DNA of 64,000 bases from Prevotella sp. (GCA_017557185.1 JAFZAP010000023.1:10526-74525); one strand, 5' to 3'. Numbered from the stretch's first letter, positions 29,332 to 39,313 are shown. Program-made: numbers and translations. Notes: generated from the sequence alone by a model not told the origin.

Positions 29332-31703
29332 TTACTATTCACAAGTCTGACCTCATAGATTTCACCAATCTGCTTACGGGGCTTCGCCACGAACTTCACT
29401 CGCACCTGTGTCTTGCCCTTGAGCAGGTCGGCAGGAATGGGATACGTCTCATACTTGAACTCGGAGATGCGGTATTTGCCAGTGTTGTTGACCGACTGTA
29501 CAAGCGTGTCGTCGACGAAGATGTCGAACTCGTGCGTTTTCCATTCACCCACACCCCAGTACTTGAGTCGCAGGCTGAGGTCGGTCTGGCCGCCGGTCTG
29601 CATCAGATAGCTGAAGTAATGGCCGTCGCGGGCATCGCGGAAGAACACATCGTTGGTGTTTCCTGTCTGCGAGCGGTCGGTCTCCATCTTGTGGTCGGTC
29701 TCGGGCTGCTGTTCGCCGGGCTGCACCTTGTCGACGGTGCGTGCCTCGAGTGCCTGCCGCTCCTGCTCCTGCTTGGCAAGATTGTCGAGATAGTCCTTGT
29801 AGCTCTGTTCCGAGAGGGCGAGCCAGTAGATCATGTAGCGGCTGTCGTGAATCTCGAAGAAAGGCTGAAGCTCGTTGTGGATGCTATTCTCCATCTTCGT
29901 GCTCAGCGTGAAATGCAGGGGCTTGCCTGCAACAGGTGTCAGCTGGTCAGCAATGGCATCGATGTTGTCGTTGATGAGCATGGGCGCCTCGTTGACAGGC
30001 AGCTTCCTTCCACCTGCATACTGGCCGAAGCGGCTGTCGTCGGCCACGAGGTGTGCCAAGTCTTCCGTACCCGTCTTCATGCCGAGAAGGATAGGACCGT
30101 GCATTAGGGCGATGTACTGCGGCACGTTCGGCAGGTACTTGATACTGTTGTGCATGGGGAAGCTGATGTCCACCACGTCGCCCTTCTTCCACTTGCGGTC
30201 GATGCTGACGTACGACGAGGGTCCCGTGACGATGCTCACAGGCTGGCCGTTCACCTTCACCTCGAACTGTCCGGGCTTCACCCAGCCGGGATAGCGCACG
30301 AGCAACTGGAAGCGTCCCTTGCCCTGCTCGACGGTGATACGGCTCGACTCAGCATACGGGAAGCCAGTCTCCTGACGCACCACGAAGCCCTTGTCTTTCC
30401 AGTTCAGCTCAGAAGCCACGAAGAGGTTGACGAAGAGGGCGTCGCCCCTATGCGTATAGACGAACTGCCCGTACTTGCCGTGGTTCTCCATACCCGTGCC
30501 CACACAGCACCACATGGCCTCGTTCGGGGCGGAGTAGTTGCGGTAGTGGCGCGGACGGGCTGGGGTGAAATAGACGTAGCCGCCATGCTCGGGATGCTGC
30601 GAAGAGAGGATGTGGTTGAAGGTGGCCAGCTCGTAGAAGTCGGCATAGCGGGCATCAGGATTGCGGCGGTGCAGATCCTCGGTGAGTTTCAGCATGTTGT
30701 TGGTGTTGCAGGTCTCAGGGCCGTCGATGTCGTTGATGAAGTCCGTGCAGGCTTCCTTGCTGGGGAAATGCTCGCGGCGCGAGTTGCCGCCGAATGCCAG
30801 CGACCGTTCGCCGGTCACGATATCCCAGAAGTTCTCGGCAGCGGCATGAAAGACTTCATCGCCGGCAAGCTCGCTGATGCGCTCGAAGCCCACGGCCTTC
30901 GGCACTTGTGTGTTGGCATGCATATTGTCGAGATTGTCCACACGCTGCGACATCGGCGTGAGCAGACGGCGGTGCGAGAAGCGGCGCGCCACATCGAGAT
31001 ACTTCTTCTCATGTGTCATCGCATAGGCATCGGCCAGCACCTCGTTCATGCCGCCGTGCTCGTTGCCGAGCATCTGCTCCATCTGAGCATCCGTAAGGCC
31101 TGCGGTGAGGTCGATGGCCCAGTCGCAGAAGCCCAGGAAGAGCTTCTTCGCCTGCTCATTGCCGCAGTAGAGCCAGGCATCGCGAAGTCCGGCATACATC
31201 TTATGCAGGTTGTAGAACGGTGCCCACGAGCCGAAGTACACGCCGAAGTCGCCTTTCTTGAAGTTGCTCCAGATGCGCTCGCTGTTCGGCATGCCGCCCA
31301 CGTAGCCACGTCCCCACTCGGGGTGGTTCTTCGCGTTGGCATCGGCGCAGAGCTGCAGTTCGCCAATCATATACTCCATGCGCTGGCGACACTCGTCGTT
31401 GCCCGTGGCAGCATTCATGGCCATCGCCGTGAGGTAGTGACCGCCCACGTGGCCGTCGAGCCCGTCCCAGTTAGGATAGGCCTTTGCACGAGGCTCCAGC
31501 CCCGCCTCCTTGCGGTAGGGAGCCAGCAGACGGTCGCAGTCGTACTGCAACAGCGTCTTGATGTTCAGGTCGCGAGCTTTCTTCAGCGGCCCGTCAAGGA
31601 GAGTCACGTCGCCGAGAGGAAATTCGTCGGCGTAGAGCTTGTTTTGTGCCTTGGCCGCAACGACGACAGCCATCAGGGCGATAAGGAAAAATAATCTCTT
31701 CAT
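29328..31703 (-). CDS. Beta-L-arabinofuranosidase, GH127/GH146 type
   Basis: GHVGGHYL, EHGGMNE, HANTQVP, ETCNTNNMLKL and WCCVGTGMENH motifs. Confidence 0.88.
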   Translation of the reverse strand: MKRLFFLIALMAVVVAAKAQNKLYADEFPLGDVTLLDGPLKKARDLNIKTLLQYDCDRLLAPYRKEAGLEPRAKAYPNWDGLDGHVGGHYLTAMAMNAATGNDECRQRMEYMIGELQLCADANAKNHPEWGRGYVGGMPNSERIWSNFKKGDFGVYFGSWAPFYNLHKMYAGLRDAWLYCGNEQAKKLFLGFCDWAIDLTAGLTDAQMEQMLGNEHGGMNEVLADAYAMTHEKKYLDVARRFSHRRLLTPMSQRVDNLDNMHANTQVPKAVGFERISELAGDEVFHAAAENFWDIVTGERSLAFGGNSRREHFPSKEACTDFINDIDGPETCNTNNMLKLTEDLHRRNPDARYADFYELATFNHILSSQHPEHGGYVYFTPARPRHYRNYSAPNEAMWCCVGTGMENHGKYGQFVYTHRGDALFVNLFVASELNWKDKGFVVRQETGFPYAESSRITVEQGKGRFQLLVRYPGWVKPGQFEVKVNGQPVSIVTGPSSYVSIDRKWKKGDVVDISFPMHNSIKYLPNVPQYIALMHGPILLGMKTGTEDLAHLVADDSRFGQYAGGRKLPVNEAPMLINDNIDAIADQLTPVAGKPLHFTLSTKMENSIHNELQPFFEIHDSRYMIYWLALSEQSYKDYLDNLAKQEQERQALEARTVDKVQPGEQQPETDHKMETDRSQTGNTNDVFFRDARDGHYFSYLMQTGGQTDLSLRLKYWGVGEWKTHEFDIFVDDTLVQSVNNTGKYRISEFKYETYPIPADLLKGKTQVRVKFVAKPRKQIGEIYEVRLVNSK

Positions 31704-31858
31704 TGCTTTTGTATTTACTCTACAAAGGTACTAAAAAATTTCCAAATTCCGTCAGATACCCGCTGTTAATATACCTTAAATTTTCACCCCCTCGCTGCGC
31801 TGCTTCCCGTTGCTTTGTTTTACCTACAATTTCACGGATTGCGGGTTTCAGAGAGTCG

Positions 31859-32067
31859 GAACATTGCTATCCGACCGCCAGAACAATCATATCGCACTGC
31901 TAGAGCAATCGTTTCGTATCGCCAGAGCATTGCTTTCGTATCACTAGAGCATTGCTCCCGTATCACTAGAGCATTGCTCCCGTATCGCCAGAGCATTGCT
32001 CCCGTCGTTTAAAAGCAATGAGGTAGCGGTGCTTGAGCAATGCTCCAAGCGTTTGGGAGCATTCCTC
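31859..32067. repeat. 22-bp-phased palindrome array 2 (GAGCAWTGCTC x10)
   Basis: Centres at 31864 through 32062, exactly every 22 bp. Confidence 0.88.
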
Positions 32068-32518
32068 TTGGCGCTTATTTCCTAATTGGGTCTAATTGTT
32101 CTTGTCTCCAAAACTAAAAAACTTCCTCCTCATCCTCCTCTTTAGTCATTAGCAGCTGCTAATGACTGAGGAAGAAGAGGAATATCTTCTTCCTTTGTAT
32201 TTGTTTTTGTATTTGTTTTTGTTTTTGTATTTGTATTGCATACCAAAAAATACAATGGTATGCAATTGCATTTTTAAACCATAATTTAATATGTTTTGTA
32301 TGTTCTTTTTACCGCCACCTTCATTCCTCTTCTCTGAGAGAGGTATCTACTTCGCTTGCCCCACACGTTGGCCCGTCAAATAAATTCATAAACGCTTTAT
32401 ATAAACAGATTTTACTATAAGGTGACTATTTTGTCACTATATAGCGTACTTATAGATGTTTATAAATGTTTATAAATGTTTATAAGAATGGATTCAGAAT
32501 GATATGAATGGCCTCGAT

Positions 32519-33418
32519 TTAGGGCAAGACAGAGGTCATATTGGCAGTAATCCTGCGGATATGGTCTTTCAGGATTTTGTAAGCAGGCTGTGGCATGTCG
32601 CCGTGGTCATAGCCTTGCATCTCATAGAGCGTCACGTCCTTGTGACCAACAAGCTTCAGCATACGCCAGAAGTAGGCCTGTTCCTCGTAGCGTCCAAAGA
32701 GTTCTAGCTCGCGGTCGCCAGAGATGATAACGATAGGCGGAGCATCGGGGCGCACATAGGTGAGCGGGGCATACTCATCAATGGTGGCCTGCAGAGGGCC
32801 GATGCCCTGCTGCTTGCGGATGTTGTAGTGTGTGATGCACTGTCCGCTGAAGGGCACGAGGGCTGCCAGCGAGTCGGCATCGACACCGTACTTTGCTAAC
32901 CACCGCTTGTCGAGTCCGATCATATCGAGCAGATAGCCGCCCGCCGAGTGTCCAGCCACGAATATCTTGCGCTTGCTGCCACCATACTTCGCGATATTCT
33001 TGTAGGTCCAGGCCACAGCCGCAGCGGCGTCGTCGAGAATCTCGTCTATATTGGCCTTGGGCAGCAGACGATAGTTCGCTGCCACGACCACGAGTCCGCT
33101 GTTCTTCAACTGCGGGTCGATATGCTTATTGCCGCCCTCGATGCCTCCGCCGTGGAACCACACCACCACGGGCGCATCCTTTTGGTCGGTAGGATAATAC
33201 ACATCGAGTTTGCAACGCTCCTGCGCGTAGCCTTCTGCTGCTTCGCGGTATGGGATGTCGCTAACTTGGTTATACTGTGCCCTTGCCATAGTTGCCATAA
33301 GCAGAAGGGCGAAAATGAGGCTCAGGCTTTTGCTTTTCAGCCAGAACTTACCTAAGAACGAATCGGGCTTTTGCTCGTATTTAGCCCATAACTTGCTGTT
33401 TTTACAAAGATGTGCCAT
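32519..33418 (-). CDS. Alpha/beta hydrolase (esterase/lipase)
   Basis: HGGG oxyanion motif, GHSAGG nucleophile and YDHG; unusually long N-region before the signal peptide. Confidence 0.88.
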   Translation of the reverse strand: MAHLCKNSKLWAKYEQKPDSFLGKFWLKSKSLSLIFALLLMATMARAQYNQVSDIPYREAAEGYAQERCKLDVYYPTDQKDAPVVVWFHGGGIEGGNKHIDPQLKNSGLVVVAANYRLLPKANIDEILDDAAAAVAWTYKNIAKYGGSKRKIFVAGHSAGGYLLDMIGLDKRWLAKYGVDADSLAALVPFSGQCITHYNIRKQQGIGPLQATIDEYAPLTYVRPDAPPIVIISGDRELELFGRYEEQAYFWRMLKLVGHKDVTLYEMQGYDHGDMPQPAYKILKDHIRRITANMTSVLP

Positions 33419-33420
33419 GT

Positions 33421-35154
33421 TTATTCATCAATTATTACTTCAAAATCACTAAATGCCATACGGTCGCTCTCGGAGAGGCGGTCTGCATCCAGACGTAGTA
33501 TTTTTGCCTTTACAGGCTCGAACTTGATAGTCTGCCAAATGGGGTTATTCACAATGTTCGAGAACTCGCCCGAGGCAACTTTCTTCCAATCGTTCCAATC
33601 TGACGAGGCCCATAATGAATAATGGGTCACAATGCCTTCCTTAGACTCCTGTGGCGGCAAGTAGCGGAAGGCGGTGATGGTCTGCTCCGTGTCCCAGTCA
33701 ATCATCATCTGTTTGGGATTGCTGAAGAAGTAGTGGAGATTGCTACTGCGCTTCTCACCACTGTCGGGGATGTCTGCCGTCAGTTCTGGGGCGAGATAGA
33801 CGGAAGTGCGCTTGATCATGGGCTCGCATTTTGCGTCAGTAACAGTAAAACGCAAACGGGTAGCAGTCACAGTGGGGAAACAGACGATGCGGCGATGGCC
33901 GATGGTGGAAAGTCCATCGCCATTCTCAACGAGTTCATCCTTCAGGGGAATCCATTGACCGTCGACCTCAGCCTCTAACGAGAACTTCTTCACGCGCTGT
34001 CCGTAGCGGATGTCTTCCTCAACCACAAAGCGGTTGAAAGCAGTCGGCTTTCCGAAGTCTATCATGACTCCCCTCCCCTTTGGGATGGGCTGGGGGTGGG
34101 CTGCGAGATCGGTCTTAAACACCTCATGAATCATCTTGTTGAACGCGATGCCACGTAGCGAGTCCGTAGGATGGATGCGTCCGTTGGGAGCAATGGGGAA
34201 GTTCAACAGCAGACAGGAGTTGCGGCCGACAGACTTATAATAGGTCTCCATCAGCTTCGAAAGGCTCTTCACGTGCTCGTTCTCCGTCTCGTGGTAGAAC
34301 CAGCCTGGACGGATGCTGGTATTGGTCTCGCCAGGCACCCATGAGTCTCCGTCCTCCAAGCCGTAGTGCAACATGGGCCAAGTCACCTCGCCGTCGTGGT
34401 TGAGCAGGCTCCAGTTGGTCTCGCCAATGTTGCCAGCCTCGGTACCCACCCAGCGCAGGTCGCCGCGGTCGCTGCCGTCGTTCCAGATGAGGCACTTGGG
34501 CTGCAACTCGCGAATCATCTTGTAGGTCTCTGGCCACTCGTAGTAGGTCGTGCGGTCTATCTTGCGTGTTTCGTTAGCCCCGCCATACCAACCGTCTCCT
34601 CCGTTGGCGCCATCGAACCACACCTCGAAGATGTCACCGTAGTTGGTAAGCAGCTCGCGCAGCTGGTTGCGGAAGTAGGTGACATACTCACGCCTGCCGT
34701 AGTCCTTATGATTCCTATCCCAAGGCGAGAGATAGACGGCGAACTTCAATCCTTCTTCCCGACAGGCATCAGCCAGCTCGCGCACCACGTCGCCCCTACC
34801 CTGCTTCCAGGGCGTGTTCTTCACGGAGTACTCCGTATAGGCGCTGGGCCACATACAGAAGCCACAATGGTGCTTGGCGGTGAAAATGATGCCCCGCATG
34901 CCCGCCTGCTTGCAGACACGCGCCCACTGACGGCAGTCCAGGCTGCTAGGGTTGAACAACTTCGGGGCTTCGTTGCCAAAACCCCACTCCTCGTCAGTAT
35001 AGGTGTTCAGCGAGTAGTGGATAAATGCGTACATCTCCATGTCCTGCCAGCGTAGCTGGTTCTCTGTGGGCACAGGGCCGCAAGGAGCAGGCGTTTGCGC
35101 CATAGCACTGATGGCTGACAGTACGCAACAAAGAGTAATCAACTTTCTTTTCAT
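33421..35154 (-). CDS. Alpha-L-fucosidase GH29 with F5/8-type C-terminal domains
   Basis: AFIHY, AKHHCGFCMW, YLSPWD, VWFDGA, SIRPGWFYH and SVGRN motifs. Confidence 0.92.
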   Translation of the reverse strand: MKRKLITLCCVLSAISAMAQTPAPCGPVPTENQLRWQDMEMYAFIHYSLNTYTDEEWGFGNEAPKLFNPSSLDCRQWARVCKQAGMRGIIFTAKHHCGFCMWPSAYTEYSVKNTPWKQGRGDVVRELADACREEGLKFAVYLSPWDRNHKDYGRREYVTYFRNQLRELLTNYGDIFEVWFDGANGGDGWYGGANETRKIDRTTYYEWPETYKMIRELQPKCLIWNDGSDRGDLRWVGTEAGNIGETNWSLLNHDGEVTWPMLHYGLEDGDSWVPGETNTSIRPGWFYHETENEHVKSLSKLMETYYKSVGRNSCLLLNFPIAPNGRIHPTDSLRGIAFNKMIHEVFKTDLAAHPQPIPKGRGVMIDFGKPTAFNRFVVEEDIRYGQRVKKFSLEAEVDGQWIPLKDELVENGDGLSTIGHRRIVCFPTVTATRLRFTVTDAKCEPMIKRTSVYLAPELTADIPDSGEKRSSNLHYFFSNPKQMMIDWDTEQTITAFRYLPPQESKEGIVTHYSLWASSDWNDWKKVASGEFSNIVNNPIWQTIKFEPVKAKILRLDADRLSESDRMAFSDFEVIIDE

Positions 35155-35165
35155 ATCGATATTCT

Positions 35166-37736
35166 TTATTTGTGATTTCCGAAGTAACTGTAACGGTTAT
35201 TGTCGGGGTTGACGACTATCTGTTCTACGACAATCTCGGGGTCAATCATGATGAGCTTCAGCCTATGTTTACCCTCAGAAATGTTGTTGAAATGAACCTC
35301 TAACCAACGGATGTTATCGAAGACCTCGTCACGACGGGGCAGCTTGCGCCCGTCTTTCCAACCGCTCAGCAACAGATTGTTATGTGGCGGCAGGGGTTTC
35401 AGCACTTTCGACTGCACAAGGTTCTGCGGAGTGTACTCGCGGAACTCGTCGTGGAAGCCCTGACGGGCATCGACGGTCGCCACAGGCCAGTCATCGAACT
35501 GAACACCGAGACGCAGACCGCGGGCAGGATAGACATCCTGTGTGGGCAGGATGCCAATGGCAACGGTTAGGGATGATTGGTCAGAGGCGGAAGGTGAAAG
35601 TTCGTACTCTATGACGGCTCCGCTGTTCTGCGCCAGCACGTTGCTGCTGCCCATACAGCCCTTACCTCGTCCGAGGTCGGGCAGGAACATCCACGTGGCA
35701 CCTTTTCCGTCGCTTTTGCGAGTATAGTCACAAGCAGCAATGGAGTACTCGCGGGTGTCCTTCGAGGCACTGAGGTCTTGGCTGACCTTGATGCCGAGTG
35801 TCATCGGATGGCGGTTCTTCTCAGGAATGCTCCACTGGGTATAGCCAATGTGGTTGTCGAGCATCATGCCGTTCCACTTGCCATTAGCCAACACCTTATT
35901 ATAATAGTCGGTGAGTCGCTGGTCTTTCGCCATAAGGTCGCAGACGGTGAGGCTGTCGCCCATCGTGGCGGCGTTATACATCATAGCTACACCTGCACTA
36001 GCCACAGCGGGATAATATACCAACTGATAGAAGGCATCCTGTGCCTCGGCAGGGATTCGTTCCTTCAGGGCTTCACAGCGGAGGATGATTGACTGCCACT
36101 GAGTGCTCAGACGAAGCATTTCCTCATAGTTGAAGAGGCCTGGCACCTGCACTTCGGGCTTACGCATCAGGTTGAGTTTCGAGTACTGGGCGATAATGTC
36201 GGCGGCTTCTTTTGCGACGCTATCGCCAAACGAACTGGCCGTGAAGGCTTCAAGCCAAGCCTTTTCGTCGCCGGGCTTCACACTTTCCGGATTCCACGCG
36301 TAGTCCATGATAAACGAGATGGATATCTCTTTCGGCTTCAGGTCGCCCACATTGATAATCCAGATGCGGTCGATACCGCTCTTGTAGGCGAGGTTCAGCT
36401 GTTCGCGCAACTTCGGTATGGTGGTGGTGTTCACCCAGCGGTCGTTCCAAGGGCCACCGTTCATGTCGATATGGTAGTAGAGGCCCAGTCCGCCCTTGCG
36501 CTTTCGCTGGGCTTCGGTTCCCATACGGCGGATGTAGCCCCAGTTGTTGTCGCAGAACAGCAGCGTCACGTCATCGGGCACGGTGAAGCCTGCATCGTAG
36601 TAGCGCTGCACCTCCGTGAAAATAGCCCAGAGTTGGGGTACGGCATCCTCACGTCCATAGATGTCCTTGATGATTTTGCGCTGACCCTCGATGACTTTTT
36701 TCAGCGTCTTCATATTCTCCTGATCGTCACCCTTACCCATGGCCACATCGCCATCGCCACGCATGCCAATGGTCACGAGATTGTCGTAGGCCTTATTGCG
36801 CTCCATGCCCTCGCGGAAGAACTGGTCTATACGCTCCTTGTTCGTGGCGTAGTCCCAAGGACCCACTTGTTCCTTGCGGCGAAGGTACTCCTGGTGTGAG
36901 CGCATCATCGGCTCGTGATGACTGGTTCCCATGACGATGCCCATCTCGTCGGCCAAACGAGGCGACTCAGAATCGTCCTCATTAAAGGCTGTGGCCCACA
37001 TGGCCGGCCAAAAGTAGTTGGCTTTGAGGCGCAGCAACAGTTCGAAAATCTTCTCGTAGGCTTTCGAGTTCACGCCACCGAAGTGCTTCTCGCACCACGT
37101 GCCGAACGATGGCCACTCATCGTTGATAAAGATGCCTCGGTATTTAACTTTCGGTGATGGCTGCACCATGCGGCCGTCCTCCCAACAGACTTCATCCTGA
37201 TGCTTCACAGGCACGTCAGCCCACCAGTACCAGGGCGATACGCCAATCTTCTCGCTGATAGTATATATGCCGTATATGGTACCACGCTTGTCGCTGCCAG
37301 CAACGACCAGATTACCATCCACCACATCAATGACGAACGACTCCCACTGGCCTTTCACCTCTTTGACTTCAAGTTTTTTCTGTTTGACAAGACCATCTAT
37401 CAGTCGGCTCTTACCAATGGTGCCGACGATGATTAGCCCCCTCCCGGCCTCCCCCGACTGGGAGAGGAGTTGCTGAGCTTTGGGGCTTCCCCCCAGTTGG
37501 GGGGATAAGAGGGGGGCTTCCCTTCCCGTCACCTTCCTTACGTCGTCGCTCAGGTCTTTGGCAGCACGGATGACGCCTTTCCAGTCGTTATCGTCAACAA
37601 CAATTGTTGCTGTCTTGCCATCCTTTGCAATGCAGAAAGGAGGCAGTTGTGGCATCTCGCTACCTTTCATGGTCTGTGCATTGATTCCAGAACAGACTAT
37701 ACAGGAGAAAATGGTGATGATAAAAGTCGATTTCAT
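35166..37736 (-). CDS. GH115 alpha-glucuronidase family protein
   Basis: GSDKRGTIYG, YRGIFINDE, LLRLKANYFWPAM, SHHEPM, GMRGDGD and DNNWG motifs. Confidence 0.92.
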   Translation of the reverse strand: MKSTFIITIFSCIVCSGINAQTMKGSEMPQLPPFCIAKDGKTATIVVDDNDWKGVIRAAKDLSDDVRKVTGREAPLLSPQLGGSPKAQQLLSQSGEAGRGLIIVGTIGKSRLIDGLVKQKKLEVKEVKGQWESFVIDVVDGNLVVAGSDKRGTIYGIYTISEKIGVSPWYWWADVPVKHQDEVCWEDGRMVQPSPKVKYRGIFINDEWPSFGTWCEKHFGGVNSKAYEKIFELLLRLKANYFWPAMWATAFNEDDSESPRLADEMGIVMGTSHHEPMMRSHQEYLRRKEQVGPWDYATNKERIDQFFREGMERNKAYDNLVTIGMRGDGDVAMGKGDDQENMKTLKKVIEGQRKIIKDIYGREDAVPQLWAIFTEVQRYYDAGFTVPDDVTLLFCDNNWGYIRRMGTEAQRKRKGGLGLYYHIDMNGGPWNDRWVNTTTIPKLREQLNLAYKSGIDRIWIINVGDLKPKEISISFIMDYAWNPESVKPGDEKAWLEAFTASSFGDSVAKEAADIIAQYSKLNLMRKPEVQVPGLFNYEEMLRLSTQWQSIILRCEALKERIPAEAQDAFYQLVYYPAVASAGVAMMYNAATMGDSLTVCDLMAKDQRLTDYYNKVLANGKWNGMMLDNHIGYTQWSIPEKNRHPMTLGIKVSQDLSASKDTREYSIAACDYTRKSDGKGATWMFLPDLGRGKGCMGSSNVLAQNSGAVIEYELSPSASDQSSLTVAIGILPTQDVYPARGLRLGVQFDDWPVATVDARQGFHDEFREYTPQNLVQSKVLKPLPPHNNLLLSGWKDGRKLPRRDEVFDNIRWLEVHFNNISEGKHRLKLIMIDPEIVVEQIVVNPDNNRYSYFGNHK

Positions 37737-39094
37737 ATATTCACTACCTTTTTACCGTTGACAATGTATAAGCCACGAGGCAATTTCCCGTTTTCCATTA
37801 TCCATTTTTCATTTGCAATCTTACGGCCCAGCAGGTCATAGACAGCGTCATTTCCCATTCTCCATTTCCCATTCTCCATTTCCTCGATTCCTGTCGTGAA
37901 GGGCCACTTCATGTTGGCACATCCTTTGATGATGCCGTCGAGGGCAAGCTGGTTGAAGACCGCGAGTGTCTTACGGTTCAGAACATCCATCGAGGGACGC
38001 TTGCAGGCATTGGTGTCCCAGACAAAGGGAACGACACCGCTGTGGATGGCATAACGGCAAAGTGAATAGTACCATGAATAGATGCTGGCATCGTGCTTCT
38101 CCTGGTTTTCGCCCTCAGGCATTGTTCTCCAAAGAGCTCCAAACTCACCAATAATGACGGGAATGCCCTTCGAGGTGTACTTGGAACGCATCTTGAGCAG
38201 CTGTCTTTGCATATCGTCCTCCTCGCCCCAGGTGACGTTGTGTTGCGAGCCGCTGACGTGGTTGCCTGCTCCCCAGTAGTAGGCCTGTTTGCCCCACGAC
38301 TCGTCCTTGGTCATCATGGTGAAGTTGTAGGGTCCATAGTAATGGACTTCGAGCATCATCGCATCGGGCACGGCATCCTGCGGCATGACATCGTAGTCGT
38401 AAGCAAGTTCAATACTAGTCGATGGTGCCTGAACGACGAGCACGCGGGTAGCGTTGTTGCCGCCTGTCTGTCGTACGGCGTTGACGAAAGCCTGCTGGTA
38501 GCGGATAAGCGTCTCGATATCGCCCTCCTTGTCCTGGCTGTCGCTTCCTGCTGCATCAGGCTCGTTCATGCCTGCAAAGAGCAAGTGATGGTCATAGTCG
38601 CGGAATCGGTTTGCAATCTGCTTCCACAGCATACCGAGGATGAAGCAGTTCTTCTTCACAGACGACTCCGTGCGATTGGCGAAAGAGCTTTCTATCCACC
38701 CGTTGTCGTAGTGGTCGTTGAGGATGACGTAGAGGCTGTCCTTGATGCAATAGTCGACAACCTCCTGCACGCGGTCAAGCCATTTCGTGTCGATGTTGTA
38801 GTTTGCATCGCTATGTACATACCAAGAGCATGGTATGCGGATGGAGCGGAAGCCCTGTTCCTTGACGAAGTCGATGATCTGCTGGCTGGTCTTCGAGCCT
38901 TGCCAGGCTGTCTCCCATTTGATGGGATCGCTAATCCAGTCGCAAGGTCCGGGTTCCAGCGTGTTGCCGAGATTCCAGCCTGGGTACATGTCGGCAGCCA
39001 TCTCCATAGCGGTTGGAAAGGGCTGAGCCACTATGTGGCTAACTGACAGTTGATAAATGATAAAGAGTGTAAAAATCTGTCGGAGGTTCATCAT
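37733..39094 (-). CDS. GH5 endoglucanase/xyloglucanase (GH5_4-like) with secretion tail
   Basis: GWNLGNTLE, IRIP, NEP, HYY, IGEFG and WD motifs; VYDLLGRK...GLYIVNGKK tail. Confidence 0.9.
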   Translation of the reverse strand: MMNLRQIFTLFIIYQLSVSHIVAQPFPTAMEMAADMYPGWNLGNTLEPGPCDWISDPIKWETAWQGSKTSQQIIDFVKEQGFRSIRIPCSWYVHSDANYNIDTKWLDRVQEVVDYCIKDSLYVILNDHYDNGWIESSFANRTESSVKKNCFILGMLWKQIANRFRDYDHHLLFAGMNEPDAAGSDSQDKEGDIETLIRYQQAFVNAVRQTGGNNATRVLVVQAPSTSIELAYDYDVMPQDAVPDAMMLEVHYYGPYNFTMMTKDESWGKQAYYWGAGNHVSGSQHNVTWGEEDDMQRQLLKMRSKYTSKGIPVIIGEFGALWRTMPEGENQEKHDASIYSWYYSLCRYAIHSGVVPFVWDTNACKRPSMDVLNRKTLAVFNQLALDGIIKGCANMKWPFTTGIEEMENGKWRMGNDAVYDLLGRKIANEKWIMENGKLPRGLYIVNGKKVVNI

Positions 39095-39121
39095 TGTCTT
39101 TTCATTTTTTTCAATACACGC

Positions 39122-39277
39122 TACAAAGATAATACAATTATTTCAAATCAAGGGGGTGTTGATGGTTCAGAAATGGGAAAAAATGTTTCATGAAAGGCAT
39201 TTTTCCGTTAACGAAACATTTTTACGCCTATCAGAAACATTATGCCTTGTGTCGAAGGGAAATAATTTGTATCTTTG
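39122..39277. promoter_or_regulatory. Divergent promoters with 21-bp-spaced GAAACATT repeats (putative HTCS operator)
   Basis: TATCTTTG on both strands (39124-39131 minus, 39270-39277 plus); GAAACATT at 39213 and 39234, related GAAAGGCAT at 39192. Confidence 0.6.
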
Positions 39278-39313
39278 CCTCCAGAATATATTCATTTATT
39301 AAATAATACCGAA

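Noticed and set aside
30150-31694. Long antisense ORFs (also 8285-9382, 24222-25205, 38093-39046, 52998-54002)
   Set aside because: These are shadows of well-supported genes on the opposite strand, expected with GC-rich third codon positions, and show no motifs.
32335-32346. gagagaggtat as an att duplicate of the tRNA-Ser 3' end
   Set aside because: Only about 10 of 11 bp of low-complexity sequence match, which is compatible with chance.
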